Of a DNA stretch of 64,000 bases, positions 22,674 through 32,674 are shown piece by piece; the stretch's first letter is position 1, and every line of letters begins with the position of its first letter. The translations under genes and the position numbers were made by a program. The DNA lies in the IMG/VR virus record IMGVR_UViG_3300049460_000128, positions 1 to 64,000 of that record, one strand, 5' to 3'. Below the pieces are notes generated by a model. That model saw only the letters and a program-made list of their open reading frames with translations, made no database searches and was not told the origin of the DNA.

Positions 22674-25112
22674 TCAAGTGCAGGATTCGCAGATTTCTGG
22701 ATTCTCTGGTGCCTGTTGAACCTGGTTTTCAGTTGCAGCAGTTACCTTGTTGATCTTCGTTGCCGAACGACCACGCAGGTAGTAGGTAGTCTTCAGACCT
22801 TTGCCCCATGCGTACATGTACATGGAACTCAGAACGGCAATACGACGATCTTCCGCAAATTTGTTCAGATCCATGAACAGGTTCAGGGATTGACTTTGGT
22901 CGATGTATGCACCACGTGCAGCAGCATGATCGATGACCACTTTCTGTGGAACTTCCCATACAGTTTTGTACAGTGCGTACAGCTCGGCTGGCAGGTCAGG
23001 AACAGTGGTCAGGCTACCTTCGCTCAGTTTCAGCTGATTGATGGTGTCTTGATTCCAACGACCCAATTTGATCAGATCTTGAACCAGATACTTGTTCACA
23101 GAAACAAACTCACCCGACAGAGTTTCGCGCTTCAGCAGATTGCTCTTCTGAACTTCGATACACTCTTCAGCACCAGTAATTGCCGCGATAGTTACCGTTG
23201 GAGCGATAGCAATCATGAGGCTGTTGCGCAGACCATACTTGGCGATCTCTGCTTTCAAGGCATCCCAACGAGTGGTATCGGATGGAGTAACACCCCACAG
23301 GTCGAATTGCAGTTGACCCTTAGCCGCATGTGTGTGCTCGAAGTCGCGGTGTGGACCGTGTACCTTAGCCAGTTCGCATGAGGTTTTCAAAGCCTGGTAG
23401 TAGATCTCTTCCTGAACTTGTGCCGATAATGCGATCGCTTCTGGGCTTTCAACAGGCAGACGCAGTTGGAAGAACAGATCAGCCAGACCCATCAGACCCA
23501 AGCCAACTGGACGCAGACGTGCATTCGAGGCTTTTGCTTCTGGTACTGGGTAGAAGTTACGATCAATAACACGATCCAGGTATTTCATAGCAGTAGCGAC
23601 ATTCTTGTGCAGCTTGGTAATATCCAGTTTGCCATTTTTCAGGTAACCACGACCAATATTGATCGATCCCAGATTGCACACTGCCACTTCACTACCCTGG
23701 ATTGCCTCGACGTCAAACGAGTCAGGGTTCAAACCAATCACGTTGATGTTACGTTCTACTACTTCCTGTGGAGTCAAGCGCATAAGCTCTTCTCGTGTCA
23801 GGGTGACGTATTTACCGCTTGCTGTAGGCTCGATGATCTCCGTGCAGAGATTCGAGAGGTGAACTACACTACCATTCACTGCACTGTTGCACAGCTGATT
23901 GGAGCGATCTTTGAAGCACATCCAGCCATTACCGGTCTCAGCCAAGGTCTTCATCATACGAGCAAAGATTTTTTGGGCTGGCATCTGTTCATGGTACATC
24001 TTTGCTTCTTCCAGCTCCAAATAGCGAGCCTTGTAAGCATCACCGAACAGGTCGGTCAGCTCTGGTGCAACCGCTGGATCGAACAGACTCCACATTGCAC
24101 CATCTTTCACACGTTCCATGAACAGGTCAGGAACCCAGTTAGCCAAGTTCAAGTTGTAGGCACGCTTCTCTTTCTCGCCCACGTTGTCGCGCAGTTGCAG
24201 GAAGTCCAGGATATCCGGGTGATGCGTTTCCAAGTACACGCAAGCCGCACCTTTACGTTTACCGCCTTGGTTAACTGCCACGATCGAACCCGACAGTTTG
24301 TGCAGCCAAGGGATGACGCCGTTGGATTTGCCATTTGTGCCTTTGATCAATGAACCGCTCGAACGAACGCGCGAGTACGAGAAGCCAATACCACCAGCGA
24401 ACTTACTCAAACGTGCCATGTCTTGGGTACGTTTGTAGATATCACGCAGGTCATCCATTGGCGAATCCAACAGGTAGCATGACGACATCTGGCTGTGTAC
24501 TGTGCCGCTGTTGAACAGGGTAGGCGACGAGTTCATGTACTCCAGGCTTGACAGCAGGTTGTACATTTCAATCACTTCAACGGCATTGTCAGCCAAACCA
24601 GCAGCGACGCGCATGAAGAAATATTGTGGGGTTTCGAACACTTGGCGGTTGGTTGGATGCTTCAACAGGTAGCGATCGTATACGGTTTTAATGCCGTAGT
24701 ATTCGAACAGTTGATCACGTTCTGGCTTGATAGCCGCATTCAGCTTGCGCTTGTTTGCTTGAACGAGGTCCAGGGTTGCTTGACTGATCAGACCGTTGTC
24801 GTAACCAAATTGGATAGACTGGCTGAACGACTCAACGCCTTGTGCTGCGACTTCCTTGGCAACAAAGTTGCTTTGCAGGATGGTGGTCACTTTGTGGAAG
24901 ATAGGATCTTCCAATGCGAAACCCAGGGCAGTTTGGATCGACAACAGATCCAGTTCGCGAGTGCTAACACCGTCATACAGCCCACCTACGGTTTTAATTG
25001 CGATTTTGGTGTAGTCAATCTCACCGAGGTCACCGCAAACTCGTTTCAAACTACCAACGATCTTATCCAGGTTTACTGGTTCAAGTTCACCATTACGTTT
25101 TTTTACGTGCAT
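22674..25112 (-). CDS. nrdA: ribonucleotide reductase class Ia alpha subunit
   Basis: ATP cone (VKKRNG), SPTLFNSG, SSCYL, SNLCTEI, VCNLGS, APT, GLKTTYYLR, C-term CESC. Confidence 0.96.
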   Translation of the reverse strand: MHVKKRNGELEPVNLDKIVGSLKRVCGDLGEIDYTKIAIKTVGGLYDGVSTRELDLLSIQTALGFALEDPIFHKVTTILQSNFVAKEVAAQGVESFSQSIQFGYDNGLISQATLDLVQANKRKLNAAIKPERDQLFEYYGIKTVYDRYLLKHPTNRQVFETPQYFFMRVAAGLADNAVEVIEMYNLLSSLEYMNSSPTLFNSGTVHSQMSSCYLLDSPMDDLRDIYKRTQDMARLSKFAGGIGFSYSRVRSSGSLIKGTNGKSNGVIPWLHKLSGSIVAVNQGGKRKGAACVYLETHHPDILDFLQLRDNVGEKEKRAYNLNLANWVPDLFMERVKDGAMWSLFDPAVAPELTDLFGDAYKARYLELEEAKMYHEQMPAQKIFARMMKTLAETGNGWMCFKDRSNQLCNSAVNGSVVHLSNLCTEIIEPTASGKYVTLTREELMRLTPQEVVERNINVIGLNPDSFDVEAIQGSEVAVCNLGSINIGRGYLKNGKLDITKLHKNVATAMKYLDRVIDRNFYPVPEAKASNARLRPVGLGLMGLADLFFQLRLPVESPEAIALSAQVQEEIYYQALKTSCELAKVHGPHRDFEHTHAAKGQLQFDLWGVTPSDTTRWDALKAEIAKYGLRNSLMIAIAPTVTIAAITGAEECIEVQKSNLLKRETLSGEFVSVNKYLVQDLIKLGRWNQDTINQLKLSEGSLTTVPDLPAELYALYKTVWEVPQKVVIDHAAARGAYIDQSQSLNLFMDLNKFAEDRRIAVLSSMYMYAWGKGLKTTYYLRGRSATKINKVTAATENQVQQAPENPEICESCT

Positions 25113-25153
25113 GAATATTGTTCTCTCTTCTTATTATTGTTTTGGGAATCTAT

Positions 25154-25606
25154 TTATATTTTCGACCACATATCTTGTTTCCATTGATATGCGTACTCGA
25201 CTTCGATATTTGCGTCCAAGTCATGTACTGGAACACATTTGCCGTAACTATAGTTGAGAACAATCAGGTTATCAATTTTGACCACAAAATATTCTGACCC
25301 TAGTGCATCGGCTTCACGAATCATGACCAGTTGCAGGCGTTGTGGATCCCAGCCACTGAAACGCAGGGTTGCTTCAATGCCTACGGCCACACTGTTGATG
25401 CAGTATTGGCCTTCGTAGAGCATCTCCCAGACAGACATCCATTCTTTCGGCGCAGTGGGGTCAATTACCCATCGATCAAATGGGCATTGCTGCCAGAATT
25501 CCGCAACCGCTTGGAGTTGTTCTGCTTCTGGCATAGATGGCAATGAATCTCTAAACTCGCTCCAAGCGGCAAGGCGTTGGGTCGGAGGTAACTTGAAAGA
25601 GTTCAT
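25154..25606 (-). CDS. conserved jumbo-phage hypothetical protein
   Basis: RLAAWSEFR...FWQQCP...W...VLNY. Confidence 0.7.
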   Translation of the reverse strand: MNSFKLPPTQRLAAWSEFRDSLPSMPEAEQLQAVAEFWQQCPFDRWVIDPTAPKEWMSVWEMLYEGQYCINSVAVGIEATLRFSGWDPQRLQLVMIREADALGSEYFVVKIDNLIVLNYSYGKCVPVHDLDANIEVEYAYQWKQDMWSKI

Positions 25607-25627
25607 GGTATTTCCTTTATTGATGGT

Positions 25628-26311
25628 TTATTCTTTCGCTGCTTGTTTGGCATAGAAGAGTTCTACACGCGCCTCCCACATTGCCAAATATTTGTCAAAC
25701 TCTTCGCCTTCGATAACGAAGGTCTTGAACTGTAAATCTCTACTTACCATAAAGATGACCACAGTTCGGATGTCAGTACCGTAGAGGATGTTATGTGACA
25801 ACGCATATGCACATGACTGCAAGAAGTAGTCGGTGATCATGTCTGCGGTTTTCATCTTACTGGCTGTCTTATAGTCAGCGATACAGGGCTTGCCTTGATA
25901 TACGCCGATCAAGTCAGCGGTACCAGCCCAACGTTCAGGATAGTAAAGTGGACTTTCAATGCCCCATACTTCATCCATATGAATCAAGCCGTTGGCGATA
26001 ATGGTGTCGGCCATATTTCGGGCCATTTGACGAACAAGGTTTGAACCCTTTGGGCGATCGATCTCTTGAATATGGCATTCCAAATGTTCGTGCATCAGCG
26101 AACCCAATCCCGTTGCTTCGTCGCGGATTTGATTTGCTCTAGACTCGCCCACAAACTCACGCCAGGCTTGAAGGCCCGCATTGTCTGATGTGCTGGAGAG
26201 GATGGTGGTAACACTTGGGAGTGCGCCAAATGGAGTCACGTAGACGCGTTCTCCTGTTGGCTGTGTGGATCGTTCGAGTGCTTCATAGCAGTAGTGGTTT
26301 TTGATTAACAT
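25628..26311 (-). CDS. PD-(D/E)XK exonuclease
   Basis: LPSVTTIL, GSLMH, AGTADLIG, IADYKT, QSCAYA. Confidence 0.88.
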   Translation of the reverse strand: MLIKNHYCYEALERSTQPTGERVYVTPFGALPSVTTILSSTSDNAGLQAWREFVGESRANQIRDEATGLGSLMHEHLECHIQEIDRPKGSNLVRQMARNMADTIIANGLIHMDEVWGIESPLYYPERWAGTADLIGVYQGKPCIADYKTASKMKTADMITDYFLQSCAYALSHNILYGTDIRTVVIFMVSRDLQFKTFVIEGEEFDKYLAMWEARVELFYAKQAAKE

Positions 26312-26413
26312 GATTATAGGTAAGGTTGGTTAGAGTACAAAATATCTACCAAGTATTTACCTTCATGAAAATCTCATGCCGTCAATAAAAAAGCCCGGGG
26401 TCTCCGGGCTCTT

Positions 26414-26764
26414 TCATTGTGTTGCTGCTTTTATCGCTTGTTTTGTTGCAGTCTTGGCTATCTGACTTTGTTCCTTTTCTGCCTGTTGATCACTGACCGA
26501 TCGTTCAGGCCCAGACAAACTAGGATTCAAGTATATCTTATCGCCCTCAATCTTCTTGATCAAAGGCAATTGATTAGGATCCAGAGCCTGCATGATCAAT
26601 TCACGATCGATGTGAAGACCGCTTGGGATGGTCTTCAGTTTTTGAATGACTTGTTGGAAGGTCACATATTCAACACCACTAGCAGCGATGGGAGTCAACA
26701 TATCCATGATGGATTGCTGGAACCCATCATCTGGACCTTCTGTGATTATTTCATGATATCGCAT
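26414..26764 (-). CDS. putative head-associated protein
   Basis: N-term MRYHEIITE. Confidence 0.65.
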   Translation of the reverse strand: MRYHEIITEGPDDGFQQSIMDMLTPIAASGVEYVTFQQVIQKLKTIPSGLHIDRELIMQALDPNQLPLIKKIEGDKIYLNPSLSGPERSVSDQQAEKEQSQIAKTATKQAIKAATQ

Positions 26765-26767
26765 TGA

Positions 26768-27490
26768 TTATTTGCGACCTGCATATTTGGCCATGAAGCC
26801 ATTTTCCAGGTGACGACCTTCACGTACCAATGCGATGATGTCTTCAGCATCTACACCGAACTGTTGAGCGGTTTCCTGGATCGCATCGATACCTTTCATG
26901 CCATGTTTCATACGCATTACGGTTGCGGCCAACAGGATTTGATCAGGGTCTTCTGATTCACGCAGCATATTGATAGAGCGTGCCTGAATACTTTCCTTCT
27001 TGGCACGATCTGGAGTAGGTGCATCCGAGAAGACGTCATCCAAGTCACCATTCGATACCGCTGGAGCGGCCGGGGCTGCTGGAGTTTCTGGAGCTTCTCC
27101 GCCTGCTTCAGGTGCTGCTGGTTCAGCTGGCGCCGCAGGTGCGGTTGGCAGTTCTTCGCCAGGTACGCCGGCGTTGGTTGCCATATCATTGCCTGAATTT
27201 TCACCCGTAATGACGTTTTGCATCTTATCAATATTTGCGCCAATTTGATCCTTGGCACCTTTAATTGCAGCCACGACGTTCTGCAAGGCAGCGGTGGCAT
27301 CTGCGCTCAGCTGTTGCGAGAATTCAGGGCCAAAGTTCATACGAATGGTATCCAACAATGGCATGATGTTGTTAGCTTCAAGCTTGGCGATTTTTTCGGC
27401 CATATCTTGCAGTGTATCAGTAACGGCTTTTGCGGCCAAAACTGCTTCTGCTTGGTCCATTTCGTTTTCCAAAATGATTTTCTTACTCAT
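26768..27490 (-). CDS. putative head/scaffold protein
   Basis: ILENEMDQAEAVLAAK...; Pro/Ala linker. Confidence 0.65.
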   Translation of the reverse strand: MSKKIILENEMDQAEAVLAAKAVTDTLQDMAEKIAKLEANNIMPLLDTIRMNFGPEFSQQLSADATAALQNVVAAIKGAKDQIGANIDKMQNVITGENSGNDMATNAGVPGEELPTAPAAPAEPAAPEAGGEAPETPAAPAAPAVSNGDLDDVFSDAPTPDRAKKESIQARSINMLRESEDPDQILLAATVMRMKHGMKGIDAIQETAQQFGVDAEDIIALVREGRHLENGFMAKYAGRK

Positions 27491-27762
27491 TACTTTCTCC
27501 TGATGGTTTTTCTGCGTTTAGGCGCGATTTCATATAGGTAGATCCTGAGTGCTTCAGTGATCAATACAAACTTGGTATACTCTCTACTCTGCACGCCTTC
27601 ATACAAGGCATGTTGGCGAAGTTGCTCGTATGATTTCAAAGCATCACTAGCGGCTGCTTCGTCGAGGAAAGCATCCTGTGACATTCCATAGGTTTTCACC
27701 AGTATGTCGACAATCTGTTGTAATTTGCGTTCTGAACTCGAACTAAAATCCGAAACGTGCAT
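27490..27762 (-). CDS. hypothetical late protein
   Basis: TAAATA upstream; TAATG coupling. Confidence 0.7.
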   Translation of the reverse strand: MHVSDFSSSSERKLQQIVDILVKTYGMSQDAFLDEAAASDALKSYEQLRQHALYEGVQSREYTKFVLITEALRIYLYEIAPKRRKTIRRK

Positions 27763-27856
27763 GAAACCTCTACCTGAAAATTATTAGGTATTTATGGTAG
27801 GCGCAAAAGAAAACAGCCAAGTTAACTTGGCTGTTTGAACAATGACTACGGGTGGT

Positions 27857-28522
27857 TTACACCAAATTGTTGATCTGAACAATTTGTGCCTTGTGCTTGA
27901 GAGCCAAGGCACGACTTTCTTGATAACGATCGTCGGCCACACATGCTTCAAACCGATTCTGAGATTCGTTCATGCGGCGGGCTTTGCGTTTGAACAACGC
28001 TGCTTCCTGACGCGCACGAGCGTATTGATCTTCTAGAGTCAACACTTCCATGACGTGACGATGGTTGATGCCCATGTTCTTGTTCAGCATCTTGGTAATA
28101 GCCAGTGCTGATTCATACAAGGTCAGATCACGAGCGATTGGCTCATTGGTCTTCACATTGACGATATCGTATGTTTTGTTGCCTTGATCTTCGTATACCT
28201 TGATTTCCCATGAACCAACTTTGACACCATCTTTGGTACGTTCGGTAACCAGAGCGGTGTGGAATTCACGGTCGGTGTCTTCATTTTCAGTGATGCGTTG
28301 AACACTCATGCTTGCGCCTTGATTAAAGCGTCGCAGGATTTCTTTCATGTCGTCCGTGCCGTCAGTTGACGTACCGAGTTCACGTGACGGAGTAGTAACT
28401 CCATGACTCTGATGTTCAGCGATATAGTCTTGTGCTACATCGTGTTGAACATCCTGATATTCGCCGTTAAGAATGCGGCGAATACGTGCCATTTCTTCGA
28501 TTTCTTTTACTGAAACTGTCAT
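27857..28522 (-). CDS. hypothetical (probable virion) protein
   Basis: 221-aa ORF in late operon. Confidence 0.75.
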   Translation of the reverse strand: MTVSVKEIEEMARIRRILNGEYQDVQHDVAQDYIAEHQSHGVTTPSRELGTSTDGTDDMKEILRRFNQGASMSVQRITENEDTDREFHTALVTERTKDGVKVGSWEIKVYEDQGNKTYDIVNVKTNEPIARDLTLYESALAITKMLNKNMGINHRHVMEVLTLEDQYARARQEAALFKRKARRMNESQNRFEACVADDRYQESRALALKHKAQIVQINNLV

Positions 28523-28744
28523 TTAGAATCTCCCAATATTCTCTAAGCCATTTTGCACATAGTATACTTTGTCGTCGATTTCAAGTCTATTTAAAAGCCC
28601 TCGTGACAACATCTTACATGCAACTTCGACTTCACGTTCGTCAAGCTTTTCTTCCAATAGGCCATCGAGAGCACTATCAAGGATCGTCTGCTCTTCTTCA
28701 GAAATATCGAGACGGAAACCGCCAGCAATTTCAAAGTATCGCAT
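28523..28744 (-). CDS. hypothetical protein
   Basis: MRYFEI...; coupled to neighbours. Confidence 0.7.
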   Translation of the reverse strand: MRYFEIAGGFRLDISEEEQTILDSALDGLLEEKLDEREVEVACKMLSRGLLNRLEIDDKVYYVQNGLENIGRF

Positions 28745-29721
28745 TATTTGCCCGTGATAGAATTGCCCATGCGATCAATCTGCGACATCAAATCAGCCAT
28801 CAGATTACGCACTTCGGCAAACTCGCTTACCTTGATATCACCCAGGCCTGCTTGGATTTGTTTGAACGACATGCGAATGTGTTCCATGGTCGCCCATTCT
28901 GGCAAACTGTTACTGATATCGTGGTTGACTGGTTCTGGAATCTCTTGAACTTCAACATCATTCAACGGAACATCAACGACTGACGAAATCGTCATATCGT
29001 CGTCGCATTGAATGATTGGCATATCCATCTCATCTTCCATCGGTGGACGACCAGCGAGCGTTAGCAGACGCGGCAGCATGGAATCCATGCCGGTCATACC
29101 CATAACACCTTCCTCGATCAGATCGGCGTCGAGGTCAAGGTGTTCCGTATAGTCAGTGCGTCCTTTGTGTTTGCGTTCAGCCTTATCCTGAATCCCTTTT
29201 TTGCTAGGGGTGGCTTTTGGTTGATACTGAGGTAACGCCAAAGCTTTAGCCATTGGGTCACGTGGTTTAGGTACAGGTGTACCTGGTTTTGGTGGTTTCT
29301 GTGCCATGTCTTTAAATGTCTGGAGGTTTGTATCTACTGATGCGCGCAGCTGAGTAACTTTACGGCTCAACTTATATGCGACATCGCGATCTGCGCAATC
29401 TACAACAATCACGTTATTGAGTCTATTGGTATATGGAATATTTTCATCTTCCAACCAATCAACCAATTGATCTTTTGCTGTTTGTGTTTTGAACTTAGCC
29501 GTATATTCCAGACCTTCGTTGGTTTTACGGAAGTAAGCGCTCTCACGGATAGGATCAATGAAGTCAATGATCGATGCCTTATCGCCTTGGCGCACCAAGT
29601 CGTTAAGTTTATAGATGTCGTCAATAGGAATGTTGGCCAGTTTTTCCTGAACTTCATCTTCAGTTTTGCCAGTCAATTTGACGATTGAGTCGATTAGTGA
29701 TTTATCCATAGGTCCCGCCAT
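28744..29721 (-). CDS. hypothetical (probable virion) protein
   Basis: 325 aa; TAAATA upstream. Confidence 0.75.
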   Translation of the reverse strand: MAGPMDKSLIDSIVKLTGKTEDEVQEKLANIPIDDIYKLNDLVRQGDKASIIDFIDPIRESAYFRKTNEGLEYTAKFKTQTAKDQLVDWLEDENIPYTNRLNNVIVVDCADRDVAYKLSRKVTQLRASVDTNLQTFKDMAQKPPKPGTPVPKPRDPMAKALALPQYQPKATPSKKGIQDKAERKHKGRTDYTEHLDLDADLIEEGVMGMTGMDSMLPRLLTLAGRPPMEDEMDMPIIQCDDDMTISSVVDVPLNDVEVQEIPEPVNHDISNSLPEWATMEHIRMSFKQIQAGLGDIKVSEFAEVRNLMADLMSQIDRMGNSITGK

Positions 29722-29784
29722 TTGTTTGGATTATTTAGTCAAAAAAAGAAGGGCCATATGGCCCTTCTTTTTAGCTAAAACAGA

Positions 29785-30198
29785 TTACTGTGCAGTAACA
29801 GTGATCAGAGCAGCCGCAGCAGCCAGATCAGCAGCGTCGCCAGCAGCAACGATTGCAGCAGCCAAAGCAGCTTGCAGACGGGCTACGTCAGCAGCGCCAA
29901 CGTGTTCCAGTGCGAAGGTGAAGCCTTGGGTGTCGCCGTTTGCGTCAGCAGCAGTTACTGGCAGCATGGTCAGGATTACTGGCTGTGCGAAAACGTTAAC
30001 GGTTTGCACGAAGTAGTCCAGACGTTTCTGGCCAGCGGTTTCTTTCTCGATTTCACCAGCATCAACACCGCCAGCTGGCAGAGTTGGGTTAGCGATCAGG
30101 CCTGGTTGAACATCCAGCGAAGTTTTCACTGTGAAGAATTCCAGACGCGAGCCCAGATGACCACCTGCTTTAGCGGTGAGGTAGGTTGGTTTTGCCAT
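29785..30198 (-). CDS. virion structural protein, paralog A
   Basis: LEFFTVKTSLDVQPG...QKRL...AQPVI...FALEH. Confidence 0.7.
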   Translation of the reverse strand: MAKPTYLTAKAGGHLGSRLEFFTVKTSLDVQPGLIANPTLPAGGVDAGEIEKETAGQKRLDYFVQTVNVFAQPVILTMLPVTAADANGDTQGFTFALEHVGAADVARLQAALAAAIVAAGDAADLAAAAALITVTAQ

Positions 30199-30249
30199 AA
30201 TGTATTACTCCAAAATTAAGGTTTAACTTTATTTATGAATGGTTGATAA

Positions 30250-30687
30250 TTACAGTGCGTTATAACGAACGACTGATACGTTATCTGAGGAACCATGGGT
30301 GAAAACGAAGTCCATGACTCCGTTCAACGACTCAGCCAATGATGGTGTAGCACCACTCCAAGCACCAAAGTGCTCAAGGGCGAACTTCATTACATAAACT
30401 GATACTGCACCGGAACCGGCTACTGGTAGATCCGATGGTGCTGTTTCCAATGATACTGGCTCAACACTCACAATGATAGGCTGTGCGCGCAAACCAATAA
30501 CTTCAATCAAAGCATTCAAACGAGTTTGTGATGTAGTCCCGTAAGCACCTGGAGTAATATCCAGCGTCGTACGAATAGTGTAAAAGTCGAGCTTACGACC
30601 GAAAGCTTCACTGTTAGTGGCAGCGTGCTTACGGCCCAATGATTCCACCGAATCAACTGGGACAAAAGGTGATGCTGGTTTTCCCAT
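30250..30687 (-). CDS. virion structural protein, paralog B
   Basis: LDFYTIRTTLDITPG...QTRL...AQPII...FALEH. Confidence 0.7.
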   Translation of the reverse strand: MGKPASPFVPVDSVESLGRKHAATNSEAFGRKLDFYTIRTTLDITPGAYGTTSQTRLNALIEVIGLRAQPIIVSVEPVSLETAPSDLPVAGSGAVSVYVMKFALEHFGAWSGATPSLAESLNGVMDFVFTHGSSDNVSVVRYNAL

Positions 30688-30736
30688 AAAAACTCCTTAC
30701 GAAATTATGTATTCTGTATTTAGTTAAAACTTCACT

Positions 30737-30895
30737 TTATGAACGTTTCAACACTACTGGTTTCTTGGGCTTCTTACTCGTCGTTGTCGGGTTGGTAAAG
30801 AATGGTGCTGCAACGGTAGCCACCGACGCAGATGCAGTGGCGCCCGCAGTTGCGTCTTCTTTGATGACCGGTTTTGTGATTTCGTTATATCTCAT
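30737..30895 (-). CDS. 52-aa protein (not in ORF track)
   Basis: MRYNEITKPVIKEDATAGATASASVA...; ATGA overlap with upstream gene. Confidence 0.65.
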   Translation of the reverse strand: MRYNEITKPVIKEDATAGATASASVATVAAPFFTNPTTTSKKPKKPVVLKRS

Positions 30896-31743
30896 ATTGC
30901 CCTCGGCGGAATAGGTATGTCCATTTCAGTAAGTTGGCGGCAATATAGATCCCATATGAGATCACTACACTGGATCAAGGTGGGATTTTCTCGTATACGC
31001 TTAGCCACTTCTTCGTAACTATTTACGTCTTTTTCCATTACGCCGCACCCAAACAACACTTCGCATATCTGATCAGGATTGTCCCAATGATGTTCACCCA
31101 GATACAATAGCTCTGGGAATAAGGTTGAGAAGTCAGGAGCCACTGCATCGGTCACTCGTACCATTGTTGCAGTAAAGCCATGCCCGTCTTTGCGTGGTGG
31201 GCACCATCTTGCACCATAATGCAAACCAGTATCACTCATGAGTGTATACCCAATTCTAGCCACAACTCGACCATCCCTGATTGCAGTCACACTGAGGGCT
31301 TTTGCGACGGCTTTGATCAGTTGAGTTCTATGACTGCCAGCATAGTTACTAGTTGAGGGATGTGGTGCCCAATTGGTGAATTGCAATAAGGTGGCATTGC
31401 CTATCATGAAGTCAACTTGGCAGAACTTCCGACCCTTTGTATTCGGTATTGCGACCCTACTGTACACTTGGCTGAACTGTGGCTGCACCTTCACGTTATC
31501 TTGACCAAAGGCAGTCTTGAGACGATCAATGAAATCCACGTATGAGTATTCCTTGTGATTGACTGCTAGATCAATATCGCCGCATATTGATTTCTTGCCC
31601 GTACTTCCCAGCAATGTGAAATTGATTGGGTTTACGAGCTTCCGTTTGATAGAGCGAATCACACTGGGAATCAGTGTCGCATCTATGGGTTTTGTGTTGT
31701 TAAATGCGTTACCGCCCATTGATGATTCCATTAAGTTGATCAC
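30892..31743 (-). CDS. nucleotidyltransferase (Pol beta superfamily)
   Basis: MGGNAF, LLGSTGKK..GDIDL, QVDFM. Confidence 0.75.
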   Translation of the reverse strand: MINLMESSMGGNAFNNTKPIDATLIPSVIRSIKRKLVNPINFTLLGSTGKKSICGDIDLAVNHKEYSYVDFIDRLKTAFGQDNVKVQPQFSQVYSRVAIPNTKGRKFCQVDFMIGNATLLQFTNWAPHPSTSNYAGSHRTQLIKAVAKALSVTAIRDGRVVARIGYTLMSDTGLHYGARWCPPRKDGHGFTATMVRVTDAVAPDFSTLFPELLYLGEHHWDNPDQICEVLFGCGVMEKDVNSYEEVAKRIRENPTLIQCSDLIWDLYCRQLTEMDIPIPPRAI

Positions 31744-32638
31744 GAAGACTCAGCACAGCCTCCAGATTTCGTGCGTGAACCCATTCATCCAATGTTGCCG
31801 TCTGTGGGTCAAGCAAGTATGCATCAAAGTGCTGTTGTATTGATGCCAACGCAGCATATGACGCTCCAACGATATCTTGGGTAGAATCTCGTGTGTGTAT
31901 GTCCATGACCGTCATATCGCGCATATACGACGATCTCATCAGTTTGCGACGAAGTCCTTGATTGTGAGTATTAAGTGTGGTGAAGAATGCCCGGTCCACA
32001 AGCTTCAACTGCCAGCCACTGTTATGACGGAATACCAATCCTTCAATTTTAGTTGGACCAAACATCGAAGTTCGTCCACGCACCAGTTTATCCAATAGAG
32101 TTTCGTAATCGTATGCTTCAAGTGACTTGAAGGTATCTAGCCACTCAGATGATGGAATCTCTTTCAGATCGGTCATCTGCCAATCAGTAGTTCTGGTCTT
32201 CTTAATATTGCGAATACCATCATCGGTGCTGGGATATTGGAAGTTTTTGACTTGACCTTCAGCATAGAATCCAATGTCATCAGGGTGAAATACCACGATG
32301 CGATTAACTACCTGGTCGTACTGAATTGTATTGGGATGATTGACTGAAAGGATTTCAGCTTTGATCTCAGCATTGGTGCCGTATGTTGCCACCAATTGAT
32401 CCTCGATTGATTTCAGGAAGGTATGTGCTTCGCGGAAGTCAGTAGTCCAGAAATTGAAATCCCAGCCAGTTGGTTCGTAGACATTGAAACGACCTTGACG
32501 AATTGAAACTTCGCCTTCTTCGATATCAATTTGAAATGTAGAGCCATCCACTTTTTCCTGACATATGAATTCTTCAGGATGTTCAAGGAACAGTTGTTGG
32601 CGCTTTTTGGAGAGTTTGTCGTAATGTAAAATGCTCAT
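31709..32638 (-). CDS. RNA ligase-like covalent nucleotidyltransferase
   Basis: EKVDGS (motif I), IEGLVF (motif IV), LKLVD (motif V). Confidence 0.65.
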   Translation of the reverse strand: MSILHYDKLSKKRQQLFLEHPEEFICQEKVDGSTFQIDIEEGEVSIRQGRFNVYEPTGWDFNFWTTDFREAHTFLKSIEDQLVATYGTNAEIKAEILSVNHPNTIQYDQVVNRIVVFHPDDIGFYAEGQVKNFQYPSTDDGIRNIKKTRTTDWQMTDLKEIPSSEWLDTFKSLEAYDYETLLDKLVRGRTSMFGPTKIEGLVFRHNSGWQLKLVDRAFFTTLNTHNQGLRRKLMRSSYMRDMTVMDIHTRDSTQDIVGASYAALASIQQHFDAYLLDPQTATLDEWVHARNLEAVLSLRDQLNGIINGR

Positions 32639-32674
32639 GTACTTGATAATACATGAGCATTTGTAGATTGCAAA

